Shown here: piece after piece, positions 19,218 to 30,215 of the stretch
Layout of the letters: every line of letters starts with the position of its first letter
How positions within the stretch are numbered: position 1 is the stretch's first letter
NCBI GenBank assembly: GCA_963711835.1
Contig: CAVQFQ010000009.1
Location: forward strand, 1-64,000
Length of the DNA: 64,000 nt
Direction: 5' to 3'
Origin: an uncultured delta proteobacterium
GTDB taxonomy: Bacteria; Desulfobacterota; RBG-13-43-22
Program-made: the position numbers and the translations under genes
Notes under the pieces: generated by a model
Seen by the model: the letters and a program-made list of their open reading frames with translations, nothing else
Database searches by the model: none
What the model was told of the DNA's origin: nothing

Positions 19218-21449
19218 ATGGAGGATGAACGAAAAACCAAGGCTCCGCTTATTAAAGAATTACCGAAAGCCCGGCAAAAGATCCCCTCTTTAAAAAAACC
19301 CGGTCGGCAGGAGACCAAAAAAGGTCTGACCCGGGAACAGCAATTACTGCTCCGCATCACCAAAACCAGCCCGGTCGGCATCACGGTGGTGAACCGGAAG
19401 GGGCAGATCACCTTCGCTAATCCCCGGGCCGAAAAGGTCCTGGGATTGACGAGAAAAGAGATCACCCGACGCACCTATAACGCCCCGGCCTGGTCCATCA
19501 CCGATTATGACGGGCGGCCCTTTCCCGACGAGCAGTTGTCCTTTCGAAAGATTATGGCTACCGGGAAACCGGTTGATAATATTCGTCATGCTGTTCAGTG
19601 GCCTGATGGACGGAGAGTCTTGCTTTTGGTCAACGCTTCCCCTCTTTTTGACAGCAGCGGACAATTGGATGGTATGGTGGCTACCATCGAGGATGTCAGC
19701 CAGCAGGTAAAATTGGAGCAGGAACTCAGGTCCAGCGAGGAAAGGTTTCGGCAGATCTTTGATCATATGAGCAGTTGTGTGGCGGTGTATCAGGCCGTTA
19801 ACGAAGGAGAGGATTTCATCTTCAAGGACTTTAACCGAGCCGCTTCGGAGATAGAAAAAATAAAAAAAGAAGATCTCCTCGGAAAATCCGTATGTGAGGT
19901 TTTTCCGGGAGTTAAACCATTTGGGTTGTTTGAGGTTTTTCAAAGGGTTTGGAGGACGGGTCGGCCCCAGCATCATCCCGTTGGCCTTTATAAGGACAAC
20001 CGCGTTTACGGCTGGAAGGAAAATTATGTCTTCAGGCTCCCCTCCGGAGATATTGTTGCGGTTTACGATGACATCACGGAAAGCAAGCAGGCTGAAGAGG
20101 CCCTTCGGGAAAGTGAAGAACGCTACCGCCTTCTCTTTCACCGGACCCCGATCGGCATCTTTCACTATGACGGGGAATTGAAAATCACGCTCTGTAACGA
20201 TCGACTCGTCACTATCCTGCAATCCAGCCGGGACCGTCTGATCGGGCTGGACATGAAAACCTTAAAGAATCAGAGCGTCCTTCCCGCCTTAGTCAAGGCC
20301 CTGGAAGGGGAAGAAGGCCTCTATGAAGGCTTTTATCAGGCGACCACCGGCACGGCTACTATCTGGGTTTCCCTGCATACCGCGCCCCTTTTTGACCGGC
20401 AGGGGCAGGTCAAAGGAGGAGTCGGGATTGTGGAAGATACGACCGACCGCCGGGAAGCCCGGGCGGCCCTGGAAAGAAGCGAGGCCAGATACCGGAACCT
20501 GGCCGACAGCCTGCCGCAGGTGGTTTTCGAAGTGGATGAAAAAGGGGTAGTCATTTTCGCCAATGCCCAGGCCTTTGCGACCTTTGGATATAGCCCGGAG
20601 GATTTTGAAAAAGGGCTGGGGGCCATGGAAATGTTAATCGAGGAAGACCGGGAAAGGGCCTGGGAAATCGTCACCCAGGAGCTGGCTTCAGGTAAAGAAA
20701 GGTCAGGCGATCACTACACGGCCCTGAGGAAAGACGGGACTCATTTTCCAGTGATGATCTATGCCACTCCGATCTTTCAGGATCAAAAATTCTCGGGCTT
20801 CCGGGGGATCCTGATCGACATGACCGATATTAAAGGCATGGAAAGAGAGCTCCAAAACAGTCTGGATAAATTACGGGGGACCATCGAATCCGTGGTCCAG
20901 GCCATGGCCTTGACCGTGGAAGCCAAGGATCCCTATACCGCCGGTCATCAAAGAAAAGTAGCCGCCCTGGCCCAAGCCATAGCCCGGGAAATGGATCTCC
21001 CTTTGGACCGGGTGGAAGGCCTCCGCATGGCCGGGATGATTCATGACCTGGGAAAAATCTCCGTCCCTTCCGAGATATTGAGCAAACCCAACCGGCTTAC
21101 CGACCTGGAATACCAATTGATCAAAGTTCACTCCCAAGCCGGGTATGATATTTTAAAGGAAATAGATTTTCCCTGGCCTATCGCTCAAATGGTTCTTCAG
21201 CATCACGAACGCCTGGACGGATCAGGCTATCCGACCGGTCTTAAGGCTCAGGACATCCTGCTCGAAGTCCGGATCCTCATGGTGGCCGACGTGGTCGAAG
21301 CTATGGCTTCCCACCGGCCTTACCGCCCGGCCGAAGGGATCGAGAAGGCCCTGGAGGAAATTTCCCAAGGTCAAGGAAGACTATACGATTCCGAGGTGGT
21401 GGAGGCCTGTGTGAGGCTGTTCAGGGAAAAGGGATTTACTTTTAATTAG
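19218..21449 (+). CDS. Multi-PAS HD-GYP c-di-GMP phosphodiesterase
   Basis: DPYTAGHQ, IHDLGK, HHERLDGSGYP, SHRPYR. Confidence 0.93.
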   Translation: MEDERKTKAPLIKELPKARQKIPSLKKPGRQETKKGLTREQQLLLRITKTSPVGITVVNRKGQITFANPRAEKVLGLTRKEITRRTYNAPAWSITDYDGRPFPDEQLSFRKIMATGKPVDNIRHAVQWPDGRRVLLLVNASPLFDSSGQLDGMVATIEDVSQQVKLEQELRSSEERFRQIFDHMSSCVAVYQAVNEGEDFIFKDFNRAASEIEKIKKEDLLGKSVCEVFPGVKPFGLFEVFQRVWRTGRPQHHPVGLYKDNRVYGWKENYVFRLPSGDIVAVYDDITESKQAEEALRESEERYRLLFHRTPIGIFHYDGELKITLCNDRLVTILQSSRDRLIGLDMKTLKNQSVLPALVKALEGEEGLYEGFYQATTGTATIWVSLHTAPLFDRQGQVKGGVGIVEDTTDRREARAALERSEARYRNLADSLPQVVFEVDEKGVVIFANAQAFATFGYSPEDFEKGLGAMEMLIEEDRERAWEIVTQELASGKERSGDHYTALRKDGTHFPVMIYATPIFQDQKFSGFRGILIDMTDIKGMERELQNSLDKLRGTIESVVQAMALTVEAKDPYTAGHQRKVAALAQAIAREMDLPLDRVEGLRMAGMIHDLGKISVPSEILSKPNRLTDLEYQLIKVHSQAGYDILKEIDFPWPIAQMVLQHHERLDGSGYPTGLKAQDILLEVRILMVADVVEAMASHRPYRPAEGIEKALEEISQGQGRLYDSEVVEACVRLFREKGFTFN

Positions 21450-22312
21450 TTCGGAGTTGAGAGTTCAAGTTTTAAGGGAGAAACTGCCTGCTGCCTAGGG
21501 CCGATTTTTATTTCAAAGAGCTTCGGCCAGAGCTTGCCGGTGACAAAGAGGCGGCCGGCCCCGGCGTCGTAGGCGATGCCGTTGAGCACATCCACCGGCC
21601 GGTGGGCATCCTGAGGCGACAGCAGCCCTTTACAATCGATCCAGCCCGTCACCCGGCCGGATTTCGGAGAGATGCGTGCAATCCGGTCGGTCATAAAAAC
21701 ATTGGCCAAGACCTCGCCGTTGACAAATTCCAATTCGTTCAAATTTTGGATGAGTCGGCCGTCATCGTGCACCTCCAGGCGCTTGCTCTCCCGGAAGGTA
21801 TCCGGATCTAAAAAATACAGCCTCGCCGATCCGTCGCTCATGATCAGATGCCGGCCGTCCTGGGTGAGTCCCCAGCCTTCGCTGGCATAGGCGAATTTTT
21901 TCAGCAAACGAAAAGTTTCCCGTTCATATACCAGGCCCGTCCCGGACTTCCAGGTCAGTTGAATCAGCCGGTCTTTCCAATGCGTCAGGCCTTCCCCGAA
22001 AAAATGGGCAGGCAGGCCGTAGTGCTTCAATACCTTCCCTGACTCCAGCTCGACTTGGCGAAGACTCGATCTGCCCTGAAGGCCGGTGCTTTCATACAAA
22101 AATCCATTAAGGAAGATCAGGCCCTGAGTAAAGGCCTGCGGGTCGTGGGGATAGGCTTTGACCAGGACATAGTTGAAGACCGGTGTCTTTTTTGCCGGAC
22201 CCTGGGCCTTCGGCATCGACGAAGAGAAAAGGGTAACCCAGAAGAAGGCCGCCATTCCAAGGTGGACCGATATGACCTTGAGGTGAAGTTGCCTAATTTT
22301 TGAGGATTGCAT
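21446..22312 (-). CDS. Glutaminyl-peptide cyclotransferase (exported)
   Basis: PHDPQAFTQGL, ESTGL.G.S, FGEGL, EGWGLT, LNELE, VLNGIAYD, TGKLWP. Confidence 0.93.
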   Translation of the reverse strand: MQSSKIRQLHLKVISVHLGMAAFFWVTLFSSSMPKAQGPAKKTPVFNYVLVKAYPHDPQAFTQGLIFLNGFLYESTGLQGRSSLRQVELESGKVLKHYGLPAHFFGEGLTHWKDRLIQLTWKSGTGLVYERETFRLLKKFAYASEGWGLTQDGRHLIMSDGSARLYFLDPDTFRESKRLEVHDDGRLIQNLNELEFVNGEVLANVFMTDRIARISPKSGRVTGWIDCKGLLSPQDAHRPVDVLNGIAYDAGAGRLFVTGKLWPKLFEIKIGPRQQAVSPLKLELSTPN

Positions 22313-22343
22313 TAATACCCCTTCAATAATAAGGGACCGTCCC

Positions 22344-23558
22344 CTATTTTGCTTTTTCTTCGGAAAATCGCAGATGCCGGATCAAAGGCATGCAAACCAG
22401 GGTGACCCCGCCCACCAGGATAAAACCCAGGGAGAAAGATACCCGTTCCCCGGCCAGACCGATCAGGGCCGGGACCACCCCGCCGCCCAATAGAAACCCT
22501 AACGGCACGGCAAAAGATACTGCCACATTGCGGCTTTTGGCCGGTCCGATTTGGTTGATGGCGGTAAAGGCCGCCGGGAAAAAACAGACCGCCGTCATGG
22601 GTTGGAGAAAAACGAAGAGAAGAAACCAGGAACTGTGGGGGATCCCCAGGAGGATAGTCAATGCTCCGGTTATGATTAGAAAACTAAAGAGGCTTTTTTT
22701 TACCCCCAGGCGATCCACAAACCAGCCGGCGATTAAGGCCACAAAGATCCCGGAAATCCGTGAAAGGGCTACCAGACTGTTGGCCCAGCCTCGACTCAGA
22801 CCCCGTTCCATAATTAGATAAAGGGGCAGCATGGTATAGACGCCGAAACTGGTGCCGATACCCAGGCTGAATAAGACGATCATGATCCAGAAAGAAGGTT
22901 TTTTTAACAAATCACCAACCACCCGGGGTGTGGGCGCCTCCCCGTAAAAATGGCCGCCCCGGCCGAAAAAGGCATATCCGATCCCTAAAAGGAGGGATAA
23001 GGCACCCAGCAGGGCCATGAGCCCTCGCCAGGTCCCCCAGCGCAGGAAGGCCTCGGCTAAAAAAGGGGCGGCCACAAACCCGATATTGGGGGCCAATTCG
23101 TGAACCGCCATGGCCTTTCCCCAATCCCGGGGTCGAATCAGGGCGGTCAGGGCGGCCATACCGGAAGGAAGGTAAATCCCGGCCGTCAGGCCTAAGAGCA
23201 GCAGCCAGATCCGGAGGCCCCAAACCGTTTGGCTTAAAGAGAGCACCAGCAGAACGACACCCATACTCAAGGCTGAACAAAGGATGGTTTTCCGGTGCCA
23301 AATACGCGAAGAGAGGTATCCGGAGCCCAGGAGGGCCAGACTGTACCCCCCCGAAATCAAAAGGAAAAGGCCGCCGGCTTCTTTATGGCCCAGATGGAGG
23401 TCCCGCTCGATCATAATCAGCAGGGGAGCCAGGACAATCCGAGATAAAAAATTTAAGAAAAAAATTCCGGCCAAAAAGAAAAGAGGTCCCAGATTGGATC
23501 GCAGGTCCCCTCGAGGCAGATTCAAAGAGGATTTTTCTGGCAGGGAAGATCTTGACAT
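22344..23558 (-). CDS. MFS transporter
   Basis: About 12 TM helices, GW.VDRLG motif. Confidence 0.85.
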   Translation of the reverse strand: MSRSSLPEKSSLNLPRGDLRSNLGPLFFLAGIFFLNFLSRIVLAPLLIMIERDLHLGHKEAGGLFLLISGGYSLALLGSGYLSSRIWHRKTILCSALSMGVVLLVLSLSQTVWGLRIWLLLLGLTAGIYLPSGMAALTALIRPRDWGKAMAVHELAPNIGFVAAPFLAEAFLRWGTWRGLMALLGALSLLLGIGYAFFGRGGHFYGEAPTPRVVGDLLKKPSFWIMIVLFSLGIGTSFGVYTMLPLYLIMERGLSRGWANSLVALSRISGIFVALIAGWFVDRLGVKKSLFSFLIITGALTILLGIPHSSWFLLFVFLQPMTAVCFFPAAFTAINQIGPAKSRNVAVSFAVPLGFLLGGGVVPALIGLAGERVSFSLGFILVGGVTLVCMPLIRHLRFSEEKAK

Positions 23559-23636
23559 AGGCTATCCAACATATTATTTTTTCTATCACAAAGCAAGATG
23601 AAGGTGGGAATGCCTAAAAAGAAAAAAGGAGGGACC

Positions 23637-24215
23637 ATGGCTTACACGGCAAAGGATTACGGAAAATTGATCGGCCTCGAGGGCTTCAGCGAAACGCTGC
23701 TGAAGAATCATTTTACCTTGTACCAGGGCTATGTAACCAATACCAATAAAGTACTGGATACCCTGAAGCAGATGCTGGCCGAGGGAAAAACCGCAGCGCC
23801 TGAATATGCCGAGTTGAAACGGCGCTTAGGCTGGGAATTCAACGGCATGCGACTCCACGAATATTATTTCGAAAACCTGGGAGGAACCAGGCCCTTGGAT
23901 AAGAGCGGGCCGTTGGCGAAAAAGTTGGCCGCAGATTTCGGAAGCTACGAAGCCTGGGAAAAGGACTTTAAAGCAACCGCGGCCATGCGCGGCATCGGTT
24001 GGGTGATTTTATACCAGGATCCGGCAACAGGCGGTTTGATTAATTTCTGGATTAATGAGCATGATGTGGCCCATCCGGCCGGAGGCAATCCCCTCCTGAT
24101 CCTGGACTGCTTCGAACACGCCTATATGGTTGATTACGGACTGAAACGGGCTGATTATATAGAGGCTTTTTTTAAGCAGATCACATGGGCCGCGGTGGAA
24201 GGGCGGCTGAAATAA
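23637..24215 (+). CDS. Fe/Mn superoxide dismutase family protein, ChrC/ChrF-like
   Basis: NHF.LYQGYV, LHEYYFENL, GIGW, LD.FEHAY..DYG; RBS GGAGG before ATG 23637. Confidence 0.85.
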   Translation: MAYTAKDYGKLIGLEGFSETLLKNHFTLYQGYVTNTNKVLDTLKQMLAEGKTAAPEYAELKRRLGWEFNGMRLHEYYFENLGGTRPLDKSGPLAKKLAADFGSYEAWEKDFKATAAMRGIGWVILYQDPATGGLINFWINEHDVAHPAGGNPLLILDCFEHAYMVDYGLKRADYIEAFFKQITWAAVEGRLK

Positions 24216-24281
24216 ATTCTCTCAACCTCTAACCTCGCCGCCGGAACAAAAAGAAGCGACGACTCTTATTTTTTTTGGTTT

Positions 24282-24601
24282 GTCCCAACGTTACGTGATT
24301 CTTAAGCGTATCCATTTGTCGAGGGCTTCGGGGGTCTTGGTTTCAAGGTTGTCCGAAAGGTAATCCGTAGCCCCAACCCGGCCCGAATTTCTAAGTGGGT
24401 TCAGAGACGGGCATTCACCAAGAGGATAATTTGCCTTGGTGTTGGCCTGTTTCTAAACCCACTTATAAACTTCCTGCCCGGGTTCAGGCTGCCGGCGTTT
24501 TGGCGGACAATCCTTGAAACCAAGACCCCTGAAGCCCTTTGGGGTGATTTAATATTTTAAGAGGCTACCCCTTCGGGTTGAGAATCACGCAACGTTGGGA
24601 C
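24282..24601. repeat. ~320-nt fold-back made of two inverted copies of a ~150-nt dispersed repeat
   Basis: GTCCCAACGTTACGTGATTCT/AGAATCACGCAACGTTGGGAC; AGGGCTTCGGGGGTCTTGGTTTCAAGG/CCTTGAAACCAAGACCCCTGAAGCCCT; TAAGTGGGTT/AACCCACTTA; CACCAAG/CTTGGTG. Confidence 0.9.
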
Positions 24602-24606
24602 CACCC

Positions 24607-25944
24607 CTATTTTTTGCTGCCATTGGGCGGCTGGATCGTCCCCCTGACCCAATCCAAATTCACCAGGGCCACCTGATAATCCCTCTTGGCCCGGGTCATA
24701 TTGCCTTTGGCCTGGAGTAGATTAAGCTGCGCGTCATCTACCTCCAGACGGGTTTTGACGCCGAATTCAAACCCTTTTTCGGCCATCGAAAGCAGCTTTT
24801 CGGCCTGTTCCACGGTCCCGGTAAGGGCCTGGACGATTTCAGCGGCCTCGATCACCCCGTTGACGGCCTCGCGGGCCTGGAGCAGGATGGCATCCATCAA
24901 CTTGGCCTCTTCTATCATCAGCGTGGCTTTTTCACTCTTGGCCTGGGCCACTTTTCCCTGGGTCCGCAGGCCGTCAAAGAAGGGGAAGGTCAGGTATAAA
25001 CCGGCGGTCCAGGTGGGGCCGTCGGCCCGGCTGCTTGAAAAATCCAGCTCCTGCCAGCCGTATCCGGCCTGGAGGTTTATCTTGGGCAGGATCCCGGTCT
25101 TGGCGATAGTGACCAGCTCTTCGGCTATCCCGATGCGGTGTTTAAAATTGGACAGCTCCGGTCGGTTATCCCAGGCGGTTTTGAGGGCCTCCTCCAGTTG
25201 GGGATAATCCCGGATCGGTTTTTCCAGCCGGCCCTGGACATCCACTTCCTTTCCTTCCAGGCCCAATAAAAAACGGAGTCTTTCCCGGGTCAGGGTGATC
25301 TGGTTCTCCGCTCTTATAACCGCCGGCCGGGCATTGTCCCTATCCACCCTCCCGGCCAGTACGTCATAATCCGTGGCCACTCCGGCCGCATATTTTTTTT
25401 GGGCCTCTTCCAAATGGCGGATTTTTTGCTCCAGGTTCTGCCGGGCGATGCCATGCAGCTCTTTGGCCAAGAGGACATCATAGAAGGCCGCCGAAACATC
25501 CCTCAAGGCCGCCTGCTGATAGAGACGCAGTTGGTCATCAGCAGTGGCCAGGCCAATCTTGGCCGCCCGGATAGCCGCTTCCACGGTCCCGAAGGAATAG
25601 ACAAGCTGGTTGACCCCGATGCCGACAGTGCGGGTGTCCCGTTCCACCGGGAAGAGCTGGCCGTAGGCCGTCTGGCTTTCGTCCCGGGCCCGGGAAATGC
25701 CGGCCTGGATCTGAAATTGCGGCAAGGCGGCGGCCCGTTCCTCCAGGTAGCGGCCCTCCACCTGGCGGCGATATTCCTTGGCCTTTTGGATGTCCTTGTT
25801 TTTCTCCAGGGCCGTCTGCAGGGCCTGGTCCAGGGTCAAGACGGTCAGGCTCTTTTCTTCCGCCGAGGCAGCGGGTGAAAAAAGAAGGCCCAGAGAAAGA
25901 ACTAAGAACAGAGGGAGAAAATTTTTCAGGGGTAAGCGGTTCAT
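24607..25944 (-). CDS. TolC-family outer membrane efflux protein
   Basis: Signal peptide MNRLPLK..., LTLDQAL..AL, two OEP repeats; last gene of RND operon. Confidence 0.9.
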   Translation of the reverse strand: MNRLPLKNFLPLFLVLSLGLLFSPAASAEEKSLTVLTLDQALQTALEKNKDIQKAKEYRRQVEGRYLEERAAALPQFQIQAGISRARDESQTAYGQLFPVERDTRTVGIGVNQLVYSFGTVEAAIRAAKIGLATADDQLRLYQQAALRDVSAAFYDVLLAKELHGIARQNLEQKIRHLEEAQKKYAAGVATDYDVLAGRVDRDNARPAVIRAENQITLTRERLRFLLGLEGKEVDVQGRLEKPIRDYPQLEEALKTAWDNRPELSNFKHRIGIAEELVTIAKTGILPKINLQAGYGWQELDFSSSRADGPTWTAGLYLTFPFFDGLRTQGKVAQAKSEKATLMIEEAKLMDAILLQAREAVNGVIEAAEIVQALTGTVEQAEKLLSMAEKGFEFGVKTRLEVDDAQLNLLQAKGNMTRAKRDYQVALVNLDWVRGTIQPPNGSKK

Positions 25945-28900
25945 GCAGCAGCCTCCTTCCTGCGCTCCCGGCGCCGGCGAAACCATTGACTTAGATCATC
26001 CAGCAGGGAATAGACAACCGGCACCACCAACAAGGTTAGAAAAGTCGAGGTGATCATCCCGCCGATAACGGCCCGGGCCATGGGGGCCCGCATCTCGGCT
26101 CCGGTCCCTAAAGCCAGGGCCAGGGGCAGCATCCCGAAGATCATGGCCAGGGTGGTCATCAGGATCGGCCGCAAGCGGGTTCGGCCGGCCGTGATCAGCG
26201 CTTCCCGGCGGGGCAGGCCCCGGGAGCGAAGCACCTTGGTATAATCGACCAGAAGAATGGCATTCTTGGTGACCAGCCCCATGAGCATGATCAGGCCGAT
26301 CAAGGACATGATATTGACCGTGTCCCGGGTCAGAAAAAGCAGGCCGGCCATCCCGACCAGGGAAAGGGGCAGAGAAAGCATAATGGCCAGGGGATCGATA
26401 AAGGATTCAAACTGGGCGGCCAGGATCAGGTAAACAAAAAGCACGGCCAGGATGAGGGCCTCGGCCATGTATCCGAAGGATTCCATCATGTCTTCCCCCT
26501 CTCCGGAAAAGACCACCTGATAGCCCGGGGCCATTTTCAGGTCTTTAACCACCTCTTTGACCCGGCTCATGGCCGTCCCCAGGGGAAGCCCGTCCAGGTT
26601 GGCGGAAATCACCACCTCCCGGGAAAGGTCCTGGCGGTTGATCTCCGAAGGGGAAGTGCTCATCGCGTAGGTGACCAATTCCCCCAAAGGCACCAAGGCC
26701 GGGGCCTGGCCCGGCCTTGGAACAGTTAAGCGCAGTTGCTCCACCTGGCCGGGGTCCTGGCGCAGGTCCAGGGGCAGCCGGACCCTGAGGTTTACGGCAT
26801 CGCCGTCCTCATCCTCATAGGTTGAAACCTCTTTCCCGCCTACCAGAGCGCCTACGGTGCGGGCGATCTGGGCGCTCATCACGCCCGTATCCACGGCCCG
26901 CTGGCGATCCACGATCAGACGGTATTCCGGGATATCCTGTTCCAGGGTGACCTCCAGATCAACGATCCCCGAAATCCGGACTATCTTTTCCTTTAACTGG
27001 GCGGCATATTTTTTTAAGAGGGCGATGTCGTCGCCCCGGATATTGACCAGCAGCGGTTTCCGGTTATCCATCCGCCCGGCCTCCAGGATGGAGGGCAGGA
27101 TCCCGGGAACGTTCAGGAGCCGGCGCCGGACTTCCGCCTGAATTTCTTTCTGCTCCCGGAGCCGCTCCTTTTTCTCCGATCAATTTTATGTAGATCCCCA
27201 CATCCCGCACCGTGCCGGTCTCCCCGGCGCCGATGGTGGCGTAGGTGTGCTTTATTTCCGGAAGTTGTTTGAGTTCGCTCAGGACGGCCCGCACCCGCCC
27301 CAGGGATTCATCGATTGAGGCCCCGGGAGCGGTTTTTAAGTTAAGCTGAAATTCCCCGGCATCGAAGGCGGGGAAAAAGGAGGTTTGCAGGCTGAAGAAC
27401 AGGATCATCCCGCCGAAAAAAGCCAGGGTGGTAACGACAAAGACCGTTTTGCGGTGATCCAAGGCCCAGGCGATGACCAGGCGATAGCGATCGGCCGTCC
27501 GGTCGAACCAGGTATTGAAATGATCCAGGCCGCGGGCGATGAAATGGCGTTTTCCTTTGCGCTGGATGTCCGGGTCGACCCAGCGTGAGGAGAGCATCGG
27601 GTCCAGGGTAAAGGAAACAAAAAGGGAGACCATGACCGCGAAGGTGACCGTGATCCCGAACTGAAAAAAGAACCGGCCCACGATCCCCTTCATAAAGGCC
27701 ACCGGAACGAAGACGGCCACAATGGAGAAGGTGGTGGCCAAGACCGCCAGCCCGATCTCACTGGTCCCCTCCCGGGCGGCCTGGAAATGATCTTCCCCTT
27801 TTTCCAGATGCCGGACGATATTTTCCCGGACCACAATGGCGTCGTCTATCAGCAGCCCGATGGCCAGGGAGAGGGCCATTAAGGTCATGACGTTTATGGT
27901 CATGCCTAAAAAATTCATGATAATAAAAGAGGAAATGACGGAAATAGGCAGGGTCAGGCCGGTAATGACCGTAGAACGCCAGGAATTGAGAAAGCAAAAG
28001 ACAATCAGGATGGTCAGGATCCCACCCAGGATCATGGTTTCCTGAACGTCCCGGACCGAATCGCGGATGACGATGGAGGCATCACGGACCACTTCGATTT
28101 TGGTTCCGGAAGGCAATTCAGGCTGAAGTTTCCGGATGGTTTTTTTGACCTGCTCCACCACCTCGACCGTATTGGCCCCCGATTGTTTTAAGATATCCAG
28201 GGCCACGGCCGGGATGCCGTTAATCAGGGCCAGGGAACGCTGCTCCTCTATCCCGTCCCGGACCTGGGCCACCTCTCCTAAGGGAACGGGGCGGCCGTTG
28301 CGCTGGCCGATGACCATGGCCTTGAATTGCTCCACCTCCTGAGGCTTCCCGGAAAGGCGCAGGGTAAATTCCGAATTGTTGCGGTTCAATCTCCCTAAGG
28401 GGGTATTCACATTTTCGGATTGCAGGCCGGCTATCACCTCATCCACCCCGAAGTTCAGGGACTCCAGGCGAACCGGGTCCACCAAGACATTGACTTCCCT
28501 TTTGGAGGACCCGACCAGTTCCACCTTGCCCACGCCGGAGATGTTTTCAAAACGCCGTTTGACCTTTTTATCGACCAGGGTGGTCAGATCGCGGGGGTTG
28601 AGCGTTTCGGATCGCACCGCCAGGGAGACGATGGGCATGGAGGAGATGTCCAGTTTCTGGATGATCGGTTCCTCAATATCCTGGGGCAGGTCTCCCCGGA
28701 CGGTATTGATCTTGGCCCGGGCCTCCTGAGAGGCCTCGTTGATCTTGACATTCAATTGAAACTCGACCACCACCTGGGAGAGGCTCTCCCTGGAGATGGA
28801 AATGACATGCTTGGCCCCGGGAATGCGGTTGACCACCTCTTCGATCCGCTTGGTTACCTCCCGCTCCAGGGTCTCCGGGGAGGCCCCGGGGAACTTGGTG

Positions 28901-29043
28901 ACAATGGACAGGACCGGGATTTCTACATCGGGATACATGTCTACGGCCAGTCTCCGGTAGGAAAAAATCCCCAAGGTGACCAGAGTCAGCATCATCATGG
29001 TGGCGAAAATCGGTCTTTTAATGGAAAGATTGGACAGAAACAT
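25941..29043 (-). CDS. RND efflux permease, AcrB/MdtC-like (frameshift ~27175)
   Basis: [43 protein letters not shown]; two ORFs join in one protein. Confidence 0.92.
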
Positions 29044-29048
29044 GGTGG

Positions 29049-30215
29049 TTACTTTTCCCCGTTGACCTGGAACACCTTGACCGGGTCGCCCTCTTTGACA
29101 TTAAATCCCCCCCGGGTAATGACCTGTTCTCCCGGCCTCAGCCCGCCGGCAATTTCAACCCAGTCCCCCTCCAGGCTGCCGGTCCGGACGGACCGGCGCC
29201 GGACTTTTCCCTGATCCAGCACAAAGACCTCCCCGGTCTTTTCCTTTACCTCCCAGGACAATAGGGCCTGGCGCGGGATTTGAGGCACGGCCTTTCTCTC
29301 TCCGGTAATGATGCGGCCTTTGATAAAGAGCCCGGCTTTGAGAACCTCGGGATCATTCCGGACCTCGGCCATGACCTTGACCGACCGATCGGCCTCATTG
29401 ACCGCCGGGTTGATAAAGGTGACCCGGCCGGAAAAGGTTTTCCCGGGAAAGGCGTCGCTTGAAAAGGTCAGGGGTTGGCCCGTTTTCAATTTACCCATCT
29501 CGTTTGAGGGCACGGTTACCGTCAAATCGAGCAGACGGTTATCCACGATTTGAAACATGATCTTGGGCGAACCCATTTCACCCACCAGGTCGCCCAGGTT
29601 GACATTTCGTTGCGAGACCACCCCGTCCATGGGGGAAGTGATGACGGCCTTGGAAAACCGGGTCTGGGCCTGGCGAAGGTCTTTTTCGGCGGCGGCCCTT
29701 TGGGCCTGAGCAGCTGCAATCCGGGCGGCGGCGGCCAACTTTTCCGTCTGGGCATCCTCCAGGTTCTGCTGGGTGATCAATCCCGCTTCTTTGAGTTTTT
29801 GAGCCCGCTCCCACTCCCGCGCGGCCCGGTTGGCCGCCACCTCGGCCTGAAGGAGGTTGGCCCGGGCCATTTCCAGCGCGGCTTGGGCCTTCTGTGAAAT
29901 GGCTTCTATTTCCCTGGTATCCAATTTGGCCAGGGGGGTTCCTTTTTTCACCCGAACCCACTCGTTTACAAAAACCTGGGTGACCAGGCCGGCATATTCG
30001 GACTTGACCTTGGCCTCAAACTTGGGGGAAAGAGACCCGACCACCTCAATCCCCTCGACCATATCTCTGGCTTGTACCGCCGAAGTTTCCACGGCCACCG
30101 GGGGTCGGACTCCCTTTTCTTCAAGGGATTTTTGTCCTTCGGTGGCTTTCGAGCAACTTGAAGCAGCCAGCCAGAGCAAGGCCACGGCCGCTGCCCCCCA
30201 AACCCTTGCCTTCAT
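29049..30215 (-). CDS. RND periplasmic adaptor (MFP) subunit, lipoprotein
   Basis: Lipobox-like ASSC, coiled coil, ITSPMDGVV, GLRPGEQVITRG. Confidence 0.9.
   Translation of the reverse strand: MKARVWGAAAVALLWLAASSCSKATEGQKSLEEKGVRPPVAVETSAVQARDMVEGIEVVGSLSPKFEAKVKSEYAGLVTQVFVNEWVRVKKGTPLAKLDTREIEAISQKAQAALEMARANLLQAEVAANRAAREWERAQKLKEAGLITQQNLEDAQTEKLAAAARIAAAQAQRAAAEKDLRQAQTRFSKAVITSPMDGVVSQRNVNLGDLVGEMGSPKIMFQIVDNRLLDLTVTVPSNEMGKLKTGQPLTFSSDAFPGKTFSGRVTFINPAVNEADRSVKVMAEVRNDPEVLKAGLFIKGRIITGERKAVPQIPRQALLSWEVKEKTGEVFVLDQGKVRRRSVRTGSLEGDWVEIAGGLRPGEQVITRGGFNVKEGDPVKVFQVNGEK

Noticed and set aside
19344-20222. Long antisense/overlapping ORFs (also 28420-29214 and 55540-56511)
   Set aside because: Shadows of well-supported genes, with no recognisable motifs
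24330-24525. GTTTCAA/TTGAAAC CRISPR-like words
   Set aside because: They are parts of one inverted repeat, not direct repeats with spacers
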